Below the pieces are notes generated by a model. That model had not been told where the DNA came from. It saw nothing but the letters and a program-made list of their open reading frames with translations, and did no database searches. The translations under genes and the position numbers were made by a program. Of a stretch of DNA of 64,000 nucleotides, positions 1 through 10,612 are shown piece by piece. The stretch is taken from NCBI GenBank assembly GCA_963828525.1, contig CAWHEP010000001.1, positions 64,001 through 128,000 on the forward strand, written 5' to 3'. Source of the stretch: an uncultured Verrucomicrobiae bacterium (GTDB lineage Bacteria; Verrucomicrobiota; Verrucomicrobiia; Chthoniobacterales; Chthoniobacteraceae). How positions within the stretch are numbered: position 1 is the stretch's first letter; every line of letters starts with the position of its first letter.

Positions 1-458
<458 letters not shown>

Positions 459-532
459 TTGAGGAAGTGGGTATCAGCGCGCGGACGCAGAAAGAGTCTT
501 AACCATGGAGCCGCGCGCCTCATCGAGTTTAC

Positions 533-2098
533 TCATGGCTGCGGCCCTATTACCACGAAGGAACGCTCCATGCCGCGGCAGATGAAGAGCATCTGCTTTT
601 CGCTGGGATTCAGCGTTTTGCGGATGGCTTTGTAGGCGGCTACGGAGGGGACCGGCCGGTGGTTTATCTCTTCGATGATATCCGTTTCGCGCAGAACCTG
701 ACCGGCGGGGGAGTTCGGGTCGATTTCGCTAACCATGACGCCCTTGATTCCTGAAGGAAGGTTGGCTCTGTGCTCATCCGGGATTTCCGCGACTGTAATC
801 CCGGCGAGCGGGCGCGTATCCGACGGTTGATGTGCTGTCCCAGGCTCAGGCGGGTTCTCGGGCTCCAGCGTGGGAGGAGGTTGCAAGGCTTGAGGAGATA
901 CTGGTTTTTGGCTGATAGCCGCAGTGAGACTTGTTTGACTGCCTTCCCTGATGAGGACGATCTTCACTTTCATGGGAGCGCTGGTTTCGCCTACTCGCCG
1001 ATGCAGATCATCGGCGTCCCGCACAACATGGCCGTCGAATCTTGTGATGACGTCCCCCTCGCGCAGCCCGGCCTTCTCGGCTGGAGAGCCTTGAGCAACA
1101 CCTGTGACAACAGCGCCTTCGGCGTCTCGGAGCCCTAGCTCCTGTGCTATCTCAGGCGTTAGGGACTGGATGATCACGCCAAGATACCCGGGAGTGGGGT
1201 TAGTCAGCTTGGCGCCGCGCGGGCGCAAGTCAGGGGAGCCGTGTTTGAGAACGGCCTCCAGGGTAGACCGCGCCACATTTGCCGGGATGGCGAATCCGAT
1301 CCCCTGCCAGCCGCCTGAACCCGAATAAATACTGCTGTTGATCGCAATGATCTCCCCGCGCAGGTTGAGAAGCGGACCGCCGGAGTTGCCTGGATTAATG
1401 GCGGTATCCGTCTGGAAGAACTGGTTCTCACTTCCCTTGATGATGTTGCGGCCCTTTGCGCTGATGATGCCGCGAGTTACGGTCTCCTGAAGGCCGAACG
1501 GGTTGCCGACGGCGAAGACGAGCTGCCCCACCTTAACCTGATCGGAATCTCCAAGCCGCAGAGGCTGCAGGTTACTACCGTCGATCTTGAGGACGGCGAT
1601 GTCATTATCTTCATCGGTGCCGATGAGGCGGGCGTTCAGTTTCCTGCCATCGTTCAACTGAACCTCGACTTCGTCTACATCCGCAATGACATGATTGTTC
1701 GTCAGGATGTGTCCCTCCTTGGAGACAATGACTCCCGACCCCAGCGAATTCTGGATGCTTTCGCGTGGCTGCGAGCGGAACCTGCCGCGGAAGAGGAGTT
1801 CGAATGGGTCGGTGACTTGGGGACTGCTCGCGACGCGGCGAGACGTGGTGATGCTGACCACGGACGGAACAACCGCATCCACCAGTTTGGTGTACTCAGC
1901 GTCCATGGCCGCCAGGACCTGCATATCCTTGAGGTCAAGCTTCGGGGCGTCGGCCGGGGTGAACGCAACCGCTGACTTCTGCCACGGGAGCGGGCCCGGG
2001 TGCTTCGACGACCACAGCGCGAAGAGAAGAAGTCCGATGGTTACGCAGAAAAATAGAAACCGTCTCATCCGTGGAAAGAGTTGCCGCAGCCACAACAC
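533..2098 (-). CDS. HtrA/DegP-type serine protease with two PDZ domains
   Basis: N-terminal TM, GSGVIV, TNNHV, DIAVLK, TDTAINPGNSGGPL, PDZ-like GYLGV. Confidence 0.93.
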   Translation of the reverse strand: MLWLRQLFPRMRRFLFFCVTIGLLLFALWSSKHPGPLPWQKSAVAFTPADAPKLDLKDMQVLAAMDAEYTKLVDAVVPSVVSITTSRRVASSPQVTDPFELLFRGRFRSQPRESIQNSLGSGVIVSKEGHILTNNHVIADVDEVEVQLNDGRKLNARLIGTDEDNDIAVLKIDGSNLQPLRLGDSDQVKVGQLVFAVGNPFGLQETVTRGIISAKGRNIIKGSENQFFQTDTAINPGNSGGPLLNLRGEIIAINSSIYSGSGGWQGIGFAIPANVARSTLEAVLKHGSPDLRPRGAKLTNPTPGYLGVIIQSLTPEIAQELGLRDAEGAVVTGVAQGSPAEKAGLREGDVITRFDGHVVRDADDLHRRVGETSAPMKVKIVLIREGSQTSLTAAISQKPVSPQALQPPPTLEPENPPEPGTAHQPSDTRPLAGITVAEIPDEHRANLPSGIKGVMVSEIDPNSPAGQVLRETDIIEEINHRPVPSVAAYKAIRKTLNPSEKQMLFICRGMERSFVVIGPQP

Positions 2099-2123
2099 GG
2101 CGGGTGGAAAAAACGCATGGTGT

Positions 2124-4247
2124 CTAGTTTACCTGAGACAGCGTCAGTTTTCTACCTTCCGCGATAATGTCGCGAAAATGGGCGTGCTCCTGCCTGGTGA
2201 GACCTGGATCTTCCTGAAAGATGGCTCGCGCCGATTCACGGGCTGCCATCATCAGGGCGGCGTCTATGATGGGGTCGCCGAGTTTCAGGGGCGGAAGCCC
2301 GCTTTGCGCGGTGCCAAGGATATCACCTGGGCCGCGGAGGCGGAGGTCGGCCTCCGCGATTTCGAAGCCATCGGTGCTGCGCTCCAGAGCTTGCAGCTTG
2401 TCGGCGACGCCAGGGTTTCCGAGGGTGCTGATGAGAATACAGTAGGATTTGTGCGAGCCCCTGCCAACCCTGCCGCGTAGCTGGTGGAGTTGAGCAAGTC
2501 CAAACCGCTCGGCGTTCTCGATGAGCATGATGTTTGCGTTAGGCACGTCTATTCCCACTTCAATGACGGAGGTAGCGATAAGCGCCTTGCTCTCGCCTTC
2601 GCGGAAGCGGCGCATGATTGCGTCTTTCTCATCGGGAGGCACCCGCCCATGCAGGAGATCGCACCGCATGGGGTTGAGAAATCCCTTCCACTTCTCGAAC
2701 TCTCCGGCTGCCGCTTTTAGTCCGGCCTTCCCCGTGTCGTCGATCAAAGGGTAAACGATGTAGGCTTGGCGTCCATCCTCGAGATGTTTGCGGATGAACG
2801 CGGCAGCCTCGGGAATTTTCGATTGATCGCGGATGGCCGTGATGATTTTGCCGCGATTGGAGGGCAGCTCATCAAGAGTGGAAATATCGAGGTCGCCGTA
2901 GATAGTCATTGTGAGTGTACGGGGGATCGGGGTGGCCGTCATGACCAGGACATCAGGCGCGCGGCCCTGAGAGATGAGGCGCGAGCGCTGCAGCACGCCG
3001 AACTTGTGCTGCTCGTCGATGACGGCGAGACCCAGGCGGGAGAACAAGGTGGAGTCGTAAAGGAGGGCGTGAGTGCCAACGATGATGTTCGGGGTGTCCG
3101 CGCCGAAGAGAGGGAGAGCGGAGTCCTCCGTCCTCGAGCCGGTGCGTAGAACGAGGCCGATGCCGAGCGGATCGAGCCAGCGCCTAAAGGTGAGGTAGTG
3201 CTGTTCCGCAAGGATCTGAGTGGGCGCCATGAGGGCGGCCTGGTAACCGGCCTCAACGGCGAGAAGCATGGCTGAAAGAGCGACCACGGTCTTGCCCGAG
3301 CCGACATCACCATGAAGAAGGCGGTTCATGGGGCGCTCGAGGGCGAGGTCAGCGCGGATCTCACAAAGAACGCGGCGCTGGGCGCCTGTAAGCGAGAAAG
3401 GCAACGAAGCCTGAAAGCGTTCCATGAGCTCGCCACTCGCGCAATGAGTCTCCCCGGGCAGCGAAGCGGTCTCCGCCCGGCGGGCGGCGAGGAAGAGTTG
3501 CATTGAGAAGAACTCAGTAAGGATCAGGTGACGCTTCGCCAGCTCCAATGCCTCCCACGACGTGGGGAAATGAATTTCGCGCAGAGCGGCGGAATAGGAG
3601 TGCGAATCCAGCGACCGGGGAAGTCGGCTGGGAACCGGGAGATCGGCTAGAATGCCAATCAGGCGGAAAGTGATGCCCCGTAGAACGCGCTGGGAGAGTC
3701 CTTCGGTCGCTCTGTAGATGGGGGCAATCCGGTTCAAGTGAACAAGGGCGTCGCTCTCGTCTTCGACCACCTCAAAGTCCGGATGATCAATGCACAACCG
3801 TCCGGCGCGCAGCTTGGGCTTCCCGTAAATAACGATACGATTCCCGGTCGAAATCATCTTTCGCGCGAAGTGCGCGTTGAACCACCTGCAAATGAGCGGT
3901 TGGGTGAGGGCGTGCGCCCCTTCTTCTTCGAGGACGATCTCGAAGAGTGTTTTCCATCCGCCCAGGCGCTTTGAGGCAGCCTTAACAACAGTGCCGCAGA
4001 CACACACAGGCGTCTCGCCTTCATGCGACGGGAACCGGTCAAATTGGAGGCGATCCTCGTAGCGGCGAGGATAGTGCGAAAGGACATCGCTCACGGTCGA
4101 GAAGCCGAGGCCGGATAATTGGCGGAGGCGTTGCGGACCGATCCAATCAACGTCGGCGATGGGAGTCCCGAGAAATGAAGCCCCCTCGCTCTCCGCAAGT
4201 TCTCGAGGCGGTTCGCTGCCGCGTGTGGATGACGTTTTGCGAGGCAA
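2124..4247 (-). CDS. recG: ATP-dependent DNA helicase RecG
   Basis: HYPRRYEDR, RLLHGDVGSGKT, DEQHKFG, MTATPIPRTL, QLHQLRGRVGRG; TTG at 4247 just after the inferred recJ stop taken as start. Confidence 0.93.
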   Translation of the reverse strand: MPRKTSSTRGSEPPRELAESEGASFLGTPIADVDWIGPQRLRQLSGLGFSTVSDVLSHYPRRYEDRLQFDRFPSHEGETPVCVCGTVVKAASKRLGGWKTLFEIVLEEEGAHALTQPLICRWFNAHFARKMISTGNRIVIYGKPKLRAGRLCIDHPDFEVVEDESDALVHLNRIAPIYRATEGLSQRVLRGITFRLIGILADLPVPSRLPRSLDSHSYSAALREIHFPTSWEALELAKRHLILTEFFSMQLFLAARRAETASLPGETHCASGELMERFQASLPFSLTGAQRRVLCEIRADLALERPMNRLLHGDVGSGKTVVALSAMLLAVEAGYQAALMAPTQILAEQHYLTFRRWLDPLGIGLVLRTGSRTEDSALPLFGADTPNIIVGTHALLYDSTLFSRLGLAVIDEQHKFGVLQRSRLISQGRAPDVLVMTATPIPRTLTMTIYGDLDISTLDELPSNRGKIITAIRDQSKIPEAAAFIRKHLEDGRQAYIVYPLIDDTGKAGLKAAAGEFEKWKGFLNPMRCDLLHGRVPPDEKDAIMRRFREGESKALIATSVIEVGIDVPNANIMLIENAERFGLAQLHQLRGRVGRGSHKSYCILISTLGNPGVADKLQALERSTDGFEIAEADLRLRGPGDILGTAQSGLPPLKLGDPIIDAALMMAARESARAIFQEDPGLTRQEHAHFRDIIAEGRKLTLSQVN

Positions 4248-4254
4248 ACTGGGT

Positions 4255-5951
4255 TTATCCTGGAATGGCGGCTGCGCAGCGCGAGCACCTGAACCTGGAC
4301 AGAGACCTGTTCGGCGTATTCGTTGCGTTCGATCTGAAAGGCGACATCCCAAGGCGGCGAAGGGAGTGGCGCGTCGGCGCCATTGAAATAGATCGCCGGA
4401 TGGTTTCTTTCGTTTTGACGGAAAGTGAAGCGCAGGTGCTTGTTCTTTAACAGTCGCGGTTCGCAGGCGGGAGAGATGCCTCGCGCAAAGAAGACGGGTT
4501 GTGGATTCCCGATCCCAAATGGCTGCAGCAATTCATGCTGTTCAAGAAATTCGAAGTCGAGCCTGGCGAGGGGAACCTCCGCTTCGAGTCGCAGGCGGGG
4601 TTGCATGTGCTCTTCGGTCAATATCTCGCGGGCGCATCGCAGAAACGCGGAGCGAAAGTCCTCGAATCAGATGGCGACTGAGAGAGAACCCGGCAGCCAT
4701 GTCGTGCCCGCCAAACTTGTCGAGCAGATGACCGCATTGTCCCAAGGCAGCGACGAGAGAAAGACCGGCGATGCTCCTGCCGCTTCCCCGCCCGGAACCG
4801 GTCTCGTCAAACCCGATGACGAGGACAGGCCGATGATGAGTTTTGGAAAGACGGGATGCCACAATGCCTACGACTCCAGAGTGCCAGCCAGTGTCCCCCA
4901 CGACGATCGCGCAGTCGCGCGCGGGTTCAAAGCAACTGGCGAGCTGGATTTCAGCTTGCGTGAGCACGGCGAGTTCCACGGCCTGTCGCTCTTTGTTTTG
5001 CGCGTCCAGCGAGCAAGCGAGTTCGCGGGCGCGCGCCGGGTCGTCCGTTAGCAGCAGGTTGAGCGCGTCCTCGGCGGTGCCCAATCTGCCCGCCGCGTTC
5101 AGGCGCGGCCCCAACCGGAAACCAATGTCGGAAGGGCGGGCGGGAAATTGGACAGCGGCGACTTCGAGCAGAGCGCGGATGCCAGCCCACCGGGTGCTTT
5201 CAAGCCTGATGAGGCCTTTTTTAACCAGGATGCGATTTTCCGCGATCAGCGGCGCCAGGTCAGCCACAGTGCCTAGCGCGACGAGGTCGAGGTATTCCCG
5301 CAAGTCGAGACCGGCAACCGGTCGCACTTTCAAGAGGGCATGACAGAGCTTGAAGACAAGGCCCACGGTGCAGAGATAATGAAAATCCGCGCTCAATTTC
5401 GGGTTCACCAAAGCATGAGCCTGGGGCAACGCGCCATGGCATTCGTGATGGTCCAGGATCACCACGTCCACGCCCTGCGCGTTCAAAGCCGCGACCTCCT
5501 CCACAGACGAGGTGCCGCAGTCGAGCGCGATGAGCAGTTGCGGCCGCAAGGTGTCGAGGCAACGCTTCACGCCCTCATGGCTCAGTCCATAGCCCTCATC
5601 CATCCTCAGCGGCAGGAAGCACGACGGCGCGCCCCCAAAGCGGGAGAGGACTCGACTTAGAAGGGCCAGCGATGACACGCCATCCACATCGTAATCACCA
5701 TACAGGACCACGCGTTCCCGCCGATCCATCGCCAGGAGGATGCGCGCCACTGCCTTATCCATATTGGGCAGCAGGAAAGGGTCAAAAAGATTCCCAAGCT
5801 TCGGGTGTAAGAATCGCTGCGCGTCCTCGTGGCCGATGACGCCGCGCCGCTGGAGGACAGACGCGATGCAGGGAGAAACAAGCGACAGCGGAACGGACGG
5901 AGCGGTGTCAGCGCAATGGATGATCCACTTTGAGGTAGCGTGCTTGTGCAA
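4255..5951 (-). CDS. recJ: ssDNA exonuclease RecJ (two apparent frameshifts, ~4670 and ~4275)
   Basis: YGDYDVDG, EGYGL, DCGT, DHH, GPRLNAAGR, FGGHDMAAG; C-terminal LQPFGIGNPQP...KHLRF continues in another frame. Confidence 0.88.
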
Positions 5952-6033
5952 AACGGGAGACAGAACCAATCGCAGGGTTGCCGGGTTGGGACAAGACGGA
6001 AAGAGGTTCCCCAACTCGACTGGATTCTCGACC

Positions 6034-6126
6034 AGAGTGGGCGAAGTTCACAAGCGGCGGCCATGTCCGCCGTCTATCCGGCAGGGCAAACACAATCGAA
6101 ACAACGGACTATTCGCCAGCGCGGGA
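6034..6126 (+). repeat. Degenerate direct repeat, left copy (partner 10909-11027)
   Basis: cgaagttcacaagcggcggcca...acaatcgaaacaacggactattcgc vs cgaagttcagaagcggcggcca...acaatcgaaacaaccggattattcgc. Confidence 0.75.
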
Positions 6127-6157
6127 TTTCACATCGAGCCCATTGGAATGGCTGGCG

Positions 6158-6186
6158 CTGTTGAAAAATGCAGGCTGACCCCATAA
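6158..6186 (+). repeat. Variant copy of RAYT-type terminal repeat
   Basis: ctgttgaaaaatgcaggctgacccc, near-identical to ctgttgaaagatgcagcctgacccc at 6360-6384. Confidence 0.65.
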
Positions 6187-6212
6187 ATACCAAGCCCATA
6201 AATACCAAGCCC
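6180..6212 (+). repeat. 15-bp tandem duplication (cccataaataccaag x2)
   Basis: Read directly from sequence, abutting the terminal repeat. Confidence 0.9.
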
Positions 6213-6367
6213 GCGAGCTATCGAGGGGACATGTCAGTAGGTATCGCGATTCGGTCTTTCGGACGTTTAGCGATGAAAAGTGCTCAACGCCAGCCATCAG
6301 CCTCGCAGAAGCGAGTCCCTGAACCGAGACTGCCCGAGGCCCTTCACGACGGGGTGCCGCTGTTGAA

Positions 6368-6389
6368 AGATGCAGCCTGACCCCCAGAA
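6368..6389 (+). repeat. 22-bp inverted repeat (partner 10613-10634)
   Basis: agatgcagcctgacccccagaa vs reverse complement of 10613-10634 agatgcagcctgacccctagaa (1 mismatch). Confidence 0.85.
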
Positions 6390-6529
6390 AACAAATTTAC
6401 TCGAGATGTATCCTTGGCTAAAGCCGCGCAAAAGCGGGACGGATGGATGCCTTCGCCATCAGTCGAGAACATGCTGCGGGAAATCGCTACCTTGTCAGTC
6501 CCCAACCGCCCGGCATACTCTCGGCTGAG

Positions 6530-8724
6530 ATGCGTCTTAAATGGGTCATCCTTTTCCTCTGGATTGCAGGTTCCTTTCCCCTCCACGCCAGTCTGCCGCG
6601 CCCGCTTCGCCCGGGGCACGATTACGACATTGCAACCGTTCACAAAATCGTCCCACCTCCGCGCAACCGGTTGACGAGCGTCACCTACGCGCAGCGCGCG
6701 GGGACAATCGAACTTTTCATTACGATCTCGCCGGCAACCTCACGTCGGTGGTGGAACCCGGTCTCAACGGGATCGCGGACGTCGGTTACGCGTACGACGC
6801 GCTGAATCGCGTCACGGGCGAAACCAGCGGTGGCCTGGCCCATCAGTATAAATATGACCTGGCCGGGAACCGGACGCAGGTAACCTACGGAGGCACAGGC
6901 CGGACGGTCTCTTCCGCCTATGACGCGCTGAACCGGCTGGCCTCGATGACCGAGAGTGGCCGCTCCACGCTATATGGCTATGATTTGAACGGAAACACCG
7001 TCAGCAAAGCGCTGCCGAACGGAGCTACCGATGGAATGGCGTACGACGCCCTGAATCGGCGCGCGCTCATGACGACGAGAGTGCCTGCCGGACGGCTTTC
7101 GGAGATCGATCTTGCCTACGACCTCCAGGGGAACCTTGCGACCCAGCAGGAGACCTATTTCACGCAATCGCTAGCCAGCCGCGCCGTCACAAATACCTAT
7201 GACGCCATTGACCGGCTTCATATCGAGTCGGCCACCCAAGGCGGAAATACCGTCGCCACAACCTACGAGTATGACGCGGCAAACAATCGCGCCAGCAGGA
7301 CGATCACTGGGGGGTCGAATTCGGGGATTACCACCTATAACTACAATGCTGCCGATCAGCTGACCGCGTACACCGCGCCGTCCAGGGCAGCCGTTTCGCT
7401 GACATATGACGCCAACGGGAACCGGACATCAAATGGGACAAGTAGTTACGCTTACGACATCGAGAATCGATTGGTATCGGTCACGAGCGGGACGGCCAGC
7501 TACAGCTACGCGTATGATTACCGCACCCGCCGCGTCCAGCGGGAGGAAGGGAGCATTAACACGGCGGTCGTCTTTAGTGGGGGCAGTAGCGTCGCCGAAT
7601 ATGACAACGGAGCGACCAGCCCGACGGTCGAATACATCCGCGGATCGGATTGGGGCGGCGGAGTAGGAGGCATCCTCTACACGATCCGGGGGAATGCGCT
7701 TGGCATGACCCACTACGACGGGCGCGGGGACGTTGTGGCCAAGACAGACGCCTCAGGCGTTTTGGCATATCAGGCCAGCTACGAAGCCTTCGGCAAGCGC
7801 GCGCAGGAGTTCGGCTCGACTCTTGATCGGCAGAAGGGCAACACGAAGGAGGAAGACCCAACTGGGCTGCTCCTTGAGGGGTTCCGATACCGCGACTTGG
7901 AGAACGGTTGCTTCATCACAAAAGACCCTGCTGGGTTCGTGGACGGGCCGAATCTTTACACCTACGTCCGGCAGAATCCCTGGACCAAGTTCGATCCAGA
8001 GGGATTAGCGGAGGTGACGCCAGAGCAGGCCAAAGCTTTATACCAGGCTCACGAGAAGGAGATCGACGCCGGGATCAATGGTCAGAACTTCGTGATGCGG
8101 GGGATAGCCAGCCTATTTGGGACGCGTGAGTTGTTCCATCACATGAACAAGCTGTCGTACGAGGCGGCGCTCAAGACTGGTAATAACCGCGTTTCGACGG
8201 GGGAACAGGCGCTTCAGATTACCGCAGCCGGTGTCGATAACTACATGAGGGGCCTGACGATTGCCTCAGTCGTGGCTGCGCCAGCAGGAATGGTTGGTGG
8301 GCCAAAAGCACCGGGGGCGGCGCCGAAAATCTCAGAACCAGCACCACCAGAAAATCCAGGTGGGGTTGAACCGTCTGCGAAGGGTACACACAAAGCGGCG
8401 ATGACCGTGTTGAATAGCGAAGGGGATGCGATTCACACCGAAGAACTCGTAAGCGGTGGAACTGGTAAAGCCAAGCCGACTTTCCCTGAACAGGGAGCTG
8501 TCCACACTGAAGCCAAAGGCACCGCACAAGTTAGGGAGATGGTCAATAATGGTACGGATGTGGGTGGCGTTTTGATTGAAGGTGAACGGCCTCCCTGCAA
8601 TATGTGCAAGGGGGAAATGAATAAGCTACATCGTGAGACAGGTGTGCCAACGACGTACGTAGATGGACAAGGAGCTACTTGGGAATCGAGCGCCGGGAAG
8701 CGGCCTCCTCCAGAAAGCCGATGA
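6530..8724 (+). CDS. Shortened Rhs/YD-repeat polymorphic toxin with C-terminal Pput_2613-like Zn-dependent deaminase; 5' end joined through a frameshift at the G run 6700-6703
   Basis: Many YD repeats (YDLAGN, YDALNR), Rhs core end FRYRD...DPAGFVDGPNLYTYVRQNPWTKFDPEGL, tip with SG...HTE...IEGERPPCNMCKGEMN. Confidence 0.88.
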
Positions 8725-8963
8725 GTACAGGATTCGTACGCAGGACGTGGAATGACATGTATCGGGCACACACTTGTTTTAAAGCGATGAACCGAGCGCT
8801 GGAGATCAACAAAACCAAACCCGTCCACACGATCAAGCTTGAGAACACTGTGCCGCCTTGTCGAATGTGTCGAGCATGGTGGAGGCGTTGTGGAAAGATG
8901 GCCGGCATCAATGCATATATCGTGTTCCCCGGCGACATATGGAGATCCGACGCTCGTCCCTGA
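8721..8963 (+). CDS. 80-aa deaminase-fold paralog of the toxin tip lacking the catalytic Glu (HTC...PPCRMC); candidate immunity/partner subunit
   Basis: ATGA overlap with Rhs stop; colinear similarity with toxin tip; next gene starts 6 nt after its stop. Confidence 0.7.
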   Translation: MSTGFVRRTWNDMYRAHTCFKAMNRALEINKTKPVHTIKLENTVPPCRMCRAWWRRCGKMAGINAYIVFPGDIWRSDARP

Positions 8964-8969
8964 GTCTTT

Positions 8970-9584
8970 ATGGATTTTGAAACTGAGTATCGGAAACTCC
9001 TTGGGCTGACTTCTTCGGCTCCTGCTCTAGGATTCGGGCGCGAAGAGATCAACGAACATCAAAGCTTACAGCCCAACGCTCTCCGGTTCGTTTATGAGGC
9101 CGCTGGAAAGATGCGGATCAACCATGCACACAACCGCCTTTTTGGACCGTCGCAATTGCGACTGGACGATGACGGTTTCGTGACCTTCGCTGAGGAAAAT
9201 CAGAATGTTGTAGTTTGGGGTTTTAAGGCATCCGACGTGAATTCCGATCCGATGGTTTTCCAGAAACAATTTGATGGAGAGTCGTTCGGTCCTTGGGTTG
9301 CGGAGGGACAGGCAATCTCGAACTTCCTGCTATCATTTGCGTATTGGAGCGCAGCTAATGGCGCTGCTGATGCCACTGCGGTTGGCGAGACTGGTGCGAC
9401 AACCCGAGCCAAGGTCCAGCTTTTACCGTTGATTTGGAAATGTCTCGACTTTGAAGTGCGAGGTGGCGAAGGCGGTCTTGTCATTGTCACACCAGACGGG
9501 GACTTTTATGCGTTCGGGCGAGATGCAAAAACGGTTGAGCAGTTCGTCGAGAGTTTGGAAGTGGAGTGGTTTGATATGGAATAG
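8970..9584 (+). CDS. Putative immunity protein, SUKH/SMI1-KNR4-like
   Basis: Position downstream of Rhs; LRFVYEAAG...HNRLF...FAEENQNVVVWG...DPMV pattern resembles SUKH-type immunity proteins. Confidence 0.6.
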   Translation: MDFETEYRKLLGLTSSAPALGFGREEINEHQSLQPNALRFVYEAAGKMRINHAHNRLFGPSQLRLDDDGFVTFAEENQNVVVWGFKASDVNSDPMVFQKQFDGESFGPWVAEGQAISNFLLSFAYWSAANGAADATAVGETGATTRAKVQLLPLIWKCLDFEVRGGEGGLVIVTPDGDFYAFGRDAKTVEQFVESLEVEWFDME

Positions 9585-9603
9585 GCATTGGAGGCCAGAC
9601 TCG

Positions 9604-9965
9604 TCAGGCCGAGGGAGCCTGAGCGATAGCGATGCCCGAGACGAACGGCTGCTTGTCGTGAAGATTGGCAAAGCGGGCGTCTTCGGCTTTGAGGCGCAGG
9701 GCTCTTTGCTGGTCGAGCGACTCGCAGAGCAGGTGCAGGCGATAGCCCGAGAGCGTGACATCGTGCGAGGGAAACGCGAGGAGCAGGCGCTGCGGTAGAG
9801 CGGCGGAACCGCTCGGGTGGGTTCGAGGATGAAATGGAGAAGCTGGGAAAATGGAAAACCGAACTCGCGGCCATCGTCGGTGATGAAGTGGATGAAAGCC
9901 GCGCGGCTGTCGGGAGTGGCCGTGGCGCTTTCGGGCGCTGCTTTGGATGAGGTTCCTTTTAACAT
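9604..9965 (-). CDS. Hypothetical protein downstream of relaxase remnant (frameshift ~9800)
   Basis: FIHFITDDGREFGFPFSQLLHF continues in another frame as QRLLLAFPSHDVTLSGYRLHLLCESL...AQAPSA*. Confidence 0.5.
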
Positions 9966-9974
9966 GGTGATCGA

Positions 9975-10590
9975 TCAGGGTGTGACTGGTGGGCTGGCGT
10001 CAAATCTCGGTGCGTTGCGCGGCGGATTGCCGGCGAGCGCGTGAAAGGTGCTGGTGAAACGAGCGCGATAGAAGCGATGTGCGTAAGCAGAGCGCGGACG
10101 AGAGGCGTGGCCATAGCGCAGCCGGCGCAGTGGACGAAGCGGGCGGGAAGCGTGGAAAATGCCCGTCGCGTTCGGTGAAACTTCTCTTTTAGCTGCCGGT
10201 TGTTTAGACGCTGTCCGGACGTTGAATCCCTCCCGTCTCAGCGCGTCGGCCAGCGCAGAAAGTTCGCGTGCGGCGGTGCGTTCGGCGGACTTCCTGAGAC
10301 GGTCGCGGAGCAACTCCCGGTCGTCGGTGAAAATGCGGCAGCGTTGGCGGCCGCGGGAAATGGAGACGTAGAACTGCTGGCGGTTGATGGCGGCGAGCGA
10401 GCGGAGGAGGCGACCAGAAAAACGTCATCGACGGTCTTGCCTTGGGCGGCGTGGGAAGTGACGGCGTAGCCGTGGGTGAACTGCCGGTAATCGGCGGGCA
10501 GAATCCTCCCGTCGGCGAGCGTGATCCCATCGCCAGTGACCGAGCGGACTTCGACGAGTTGCCCGTTGATGAGACCGTGGCGCTGGAACT
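9975..10590 (-). pseudogene. C-terminal remnant of MobF/TrwC-type relaxase-helicase
   Basis: Manual translation: LPADYRQFTHGYAVTSHAAQGKTVDDVF and, after a frameshift ~10400, AINRQQFYVSISRGRQRCRIFTDD (SF1B helicase motifs V/VI as in TrwC/TraI); N-terminus absent. Confidence 0.78.
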
Positions 10591-10612
10591 TCTAGAGGAC
10601 GCAAAGGCCGCC

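Noticed and set aside
6180..6212. CRISPR-like or regulatory array
   Set aside because: Only two adjacent 15-bp units with no spacers and no cas genes.
8675..9052. 125-aa minus-strand ORF over the mini-paralog
   Set aside because: No motifs; the plus-strand ORF has translational coupling and Zn-ligand conservation.
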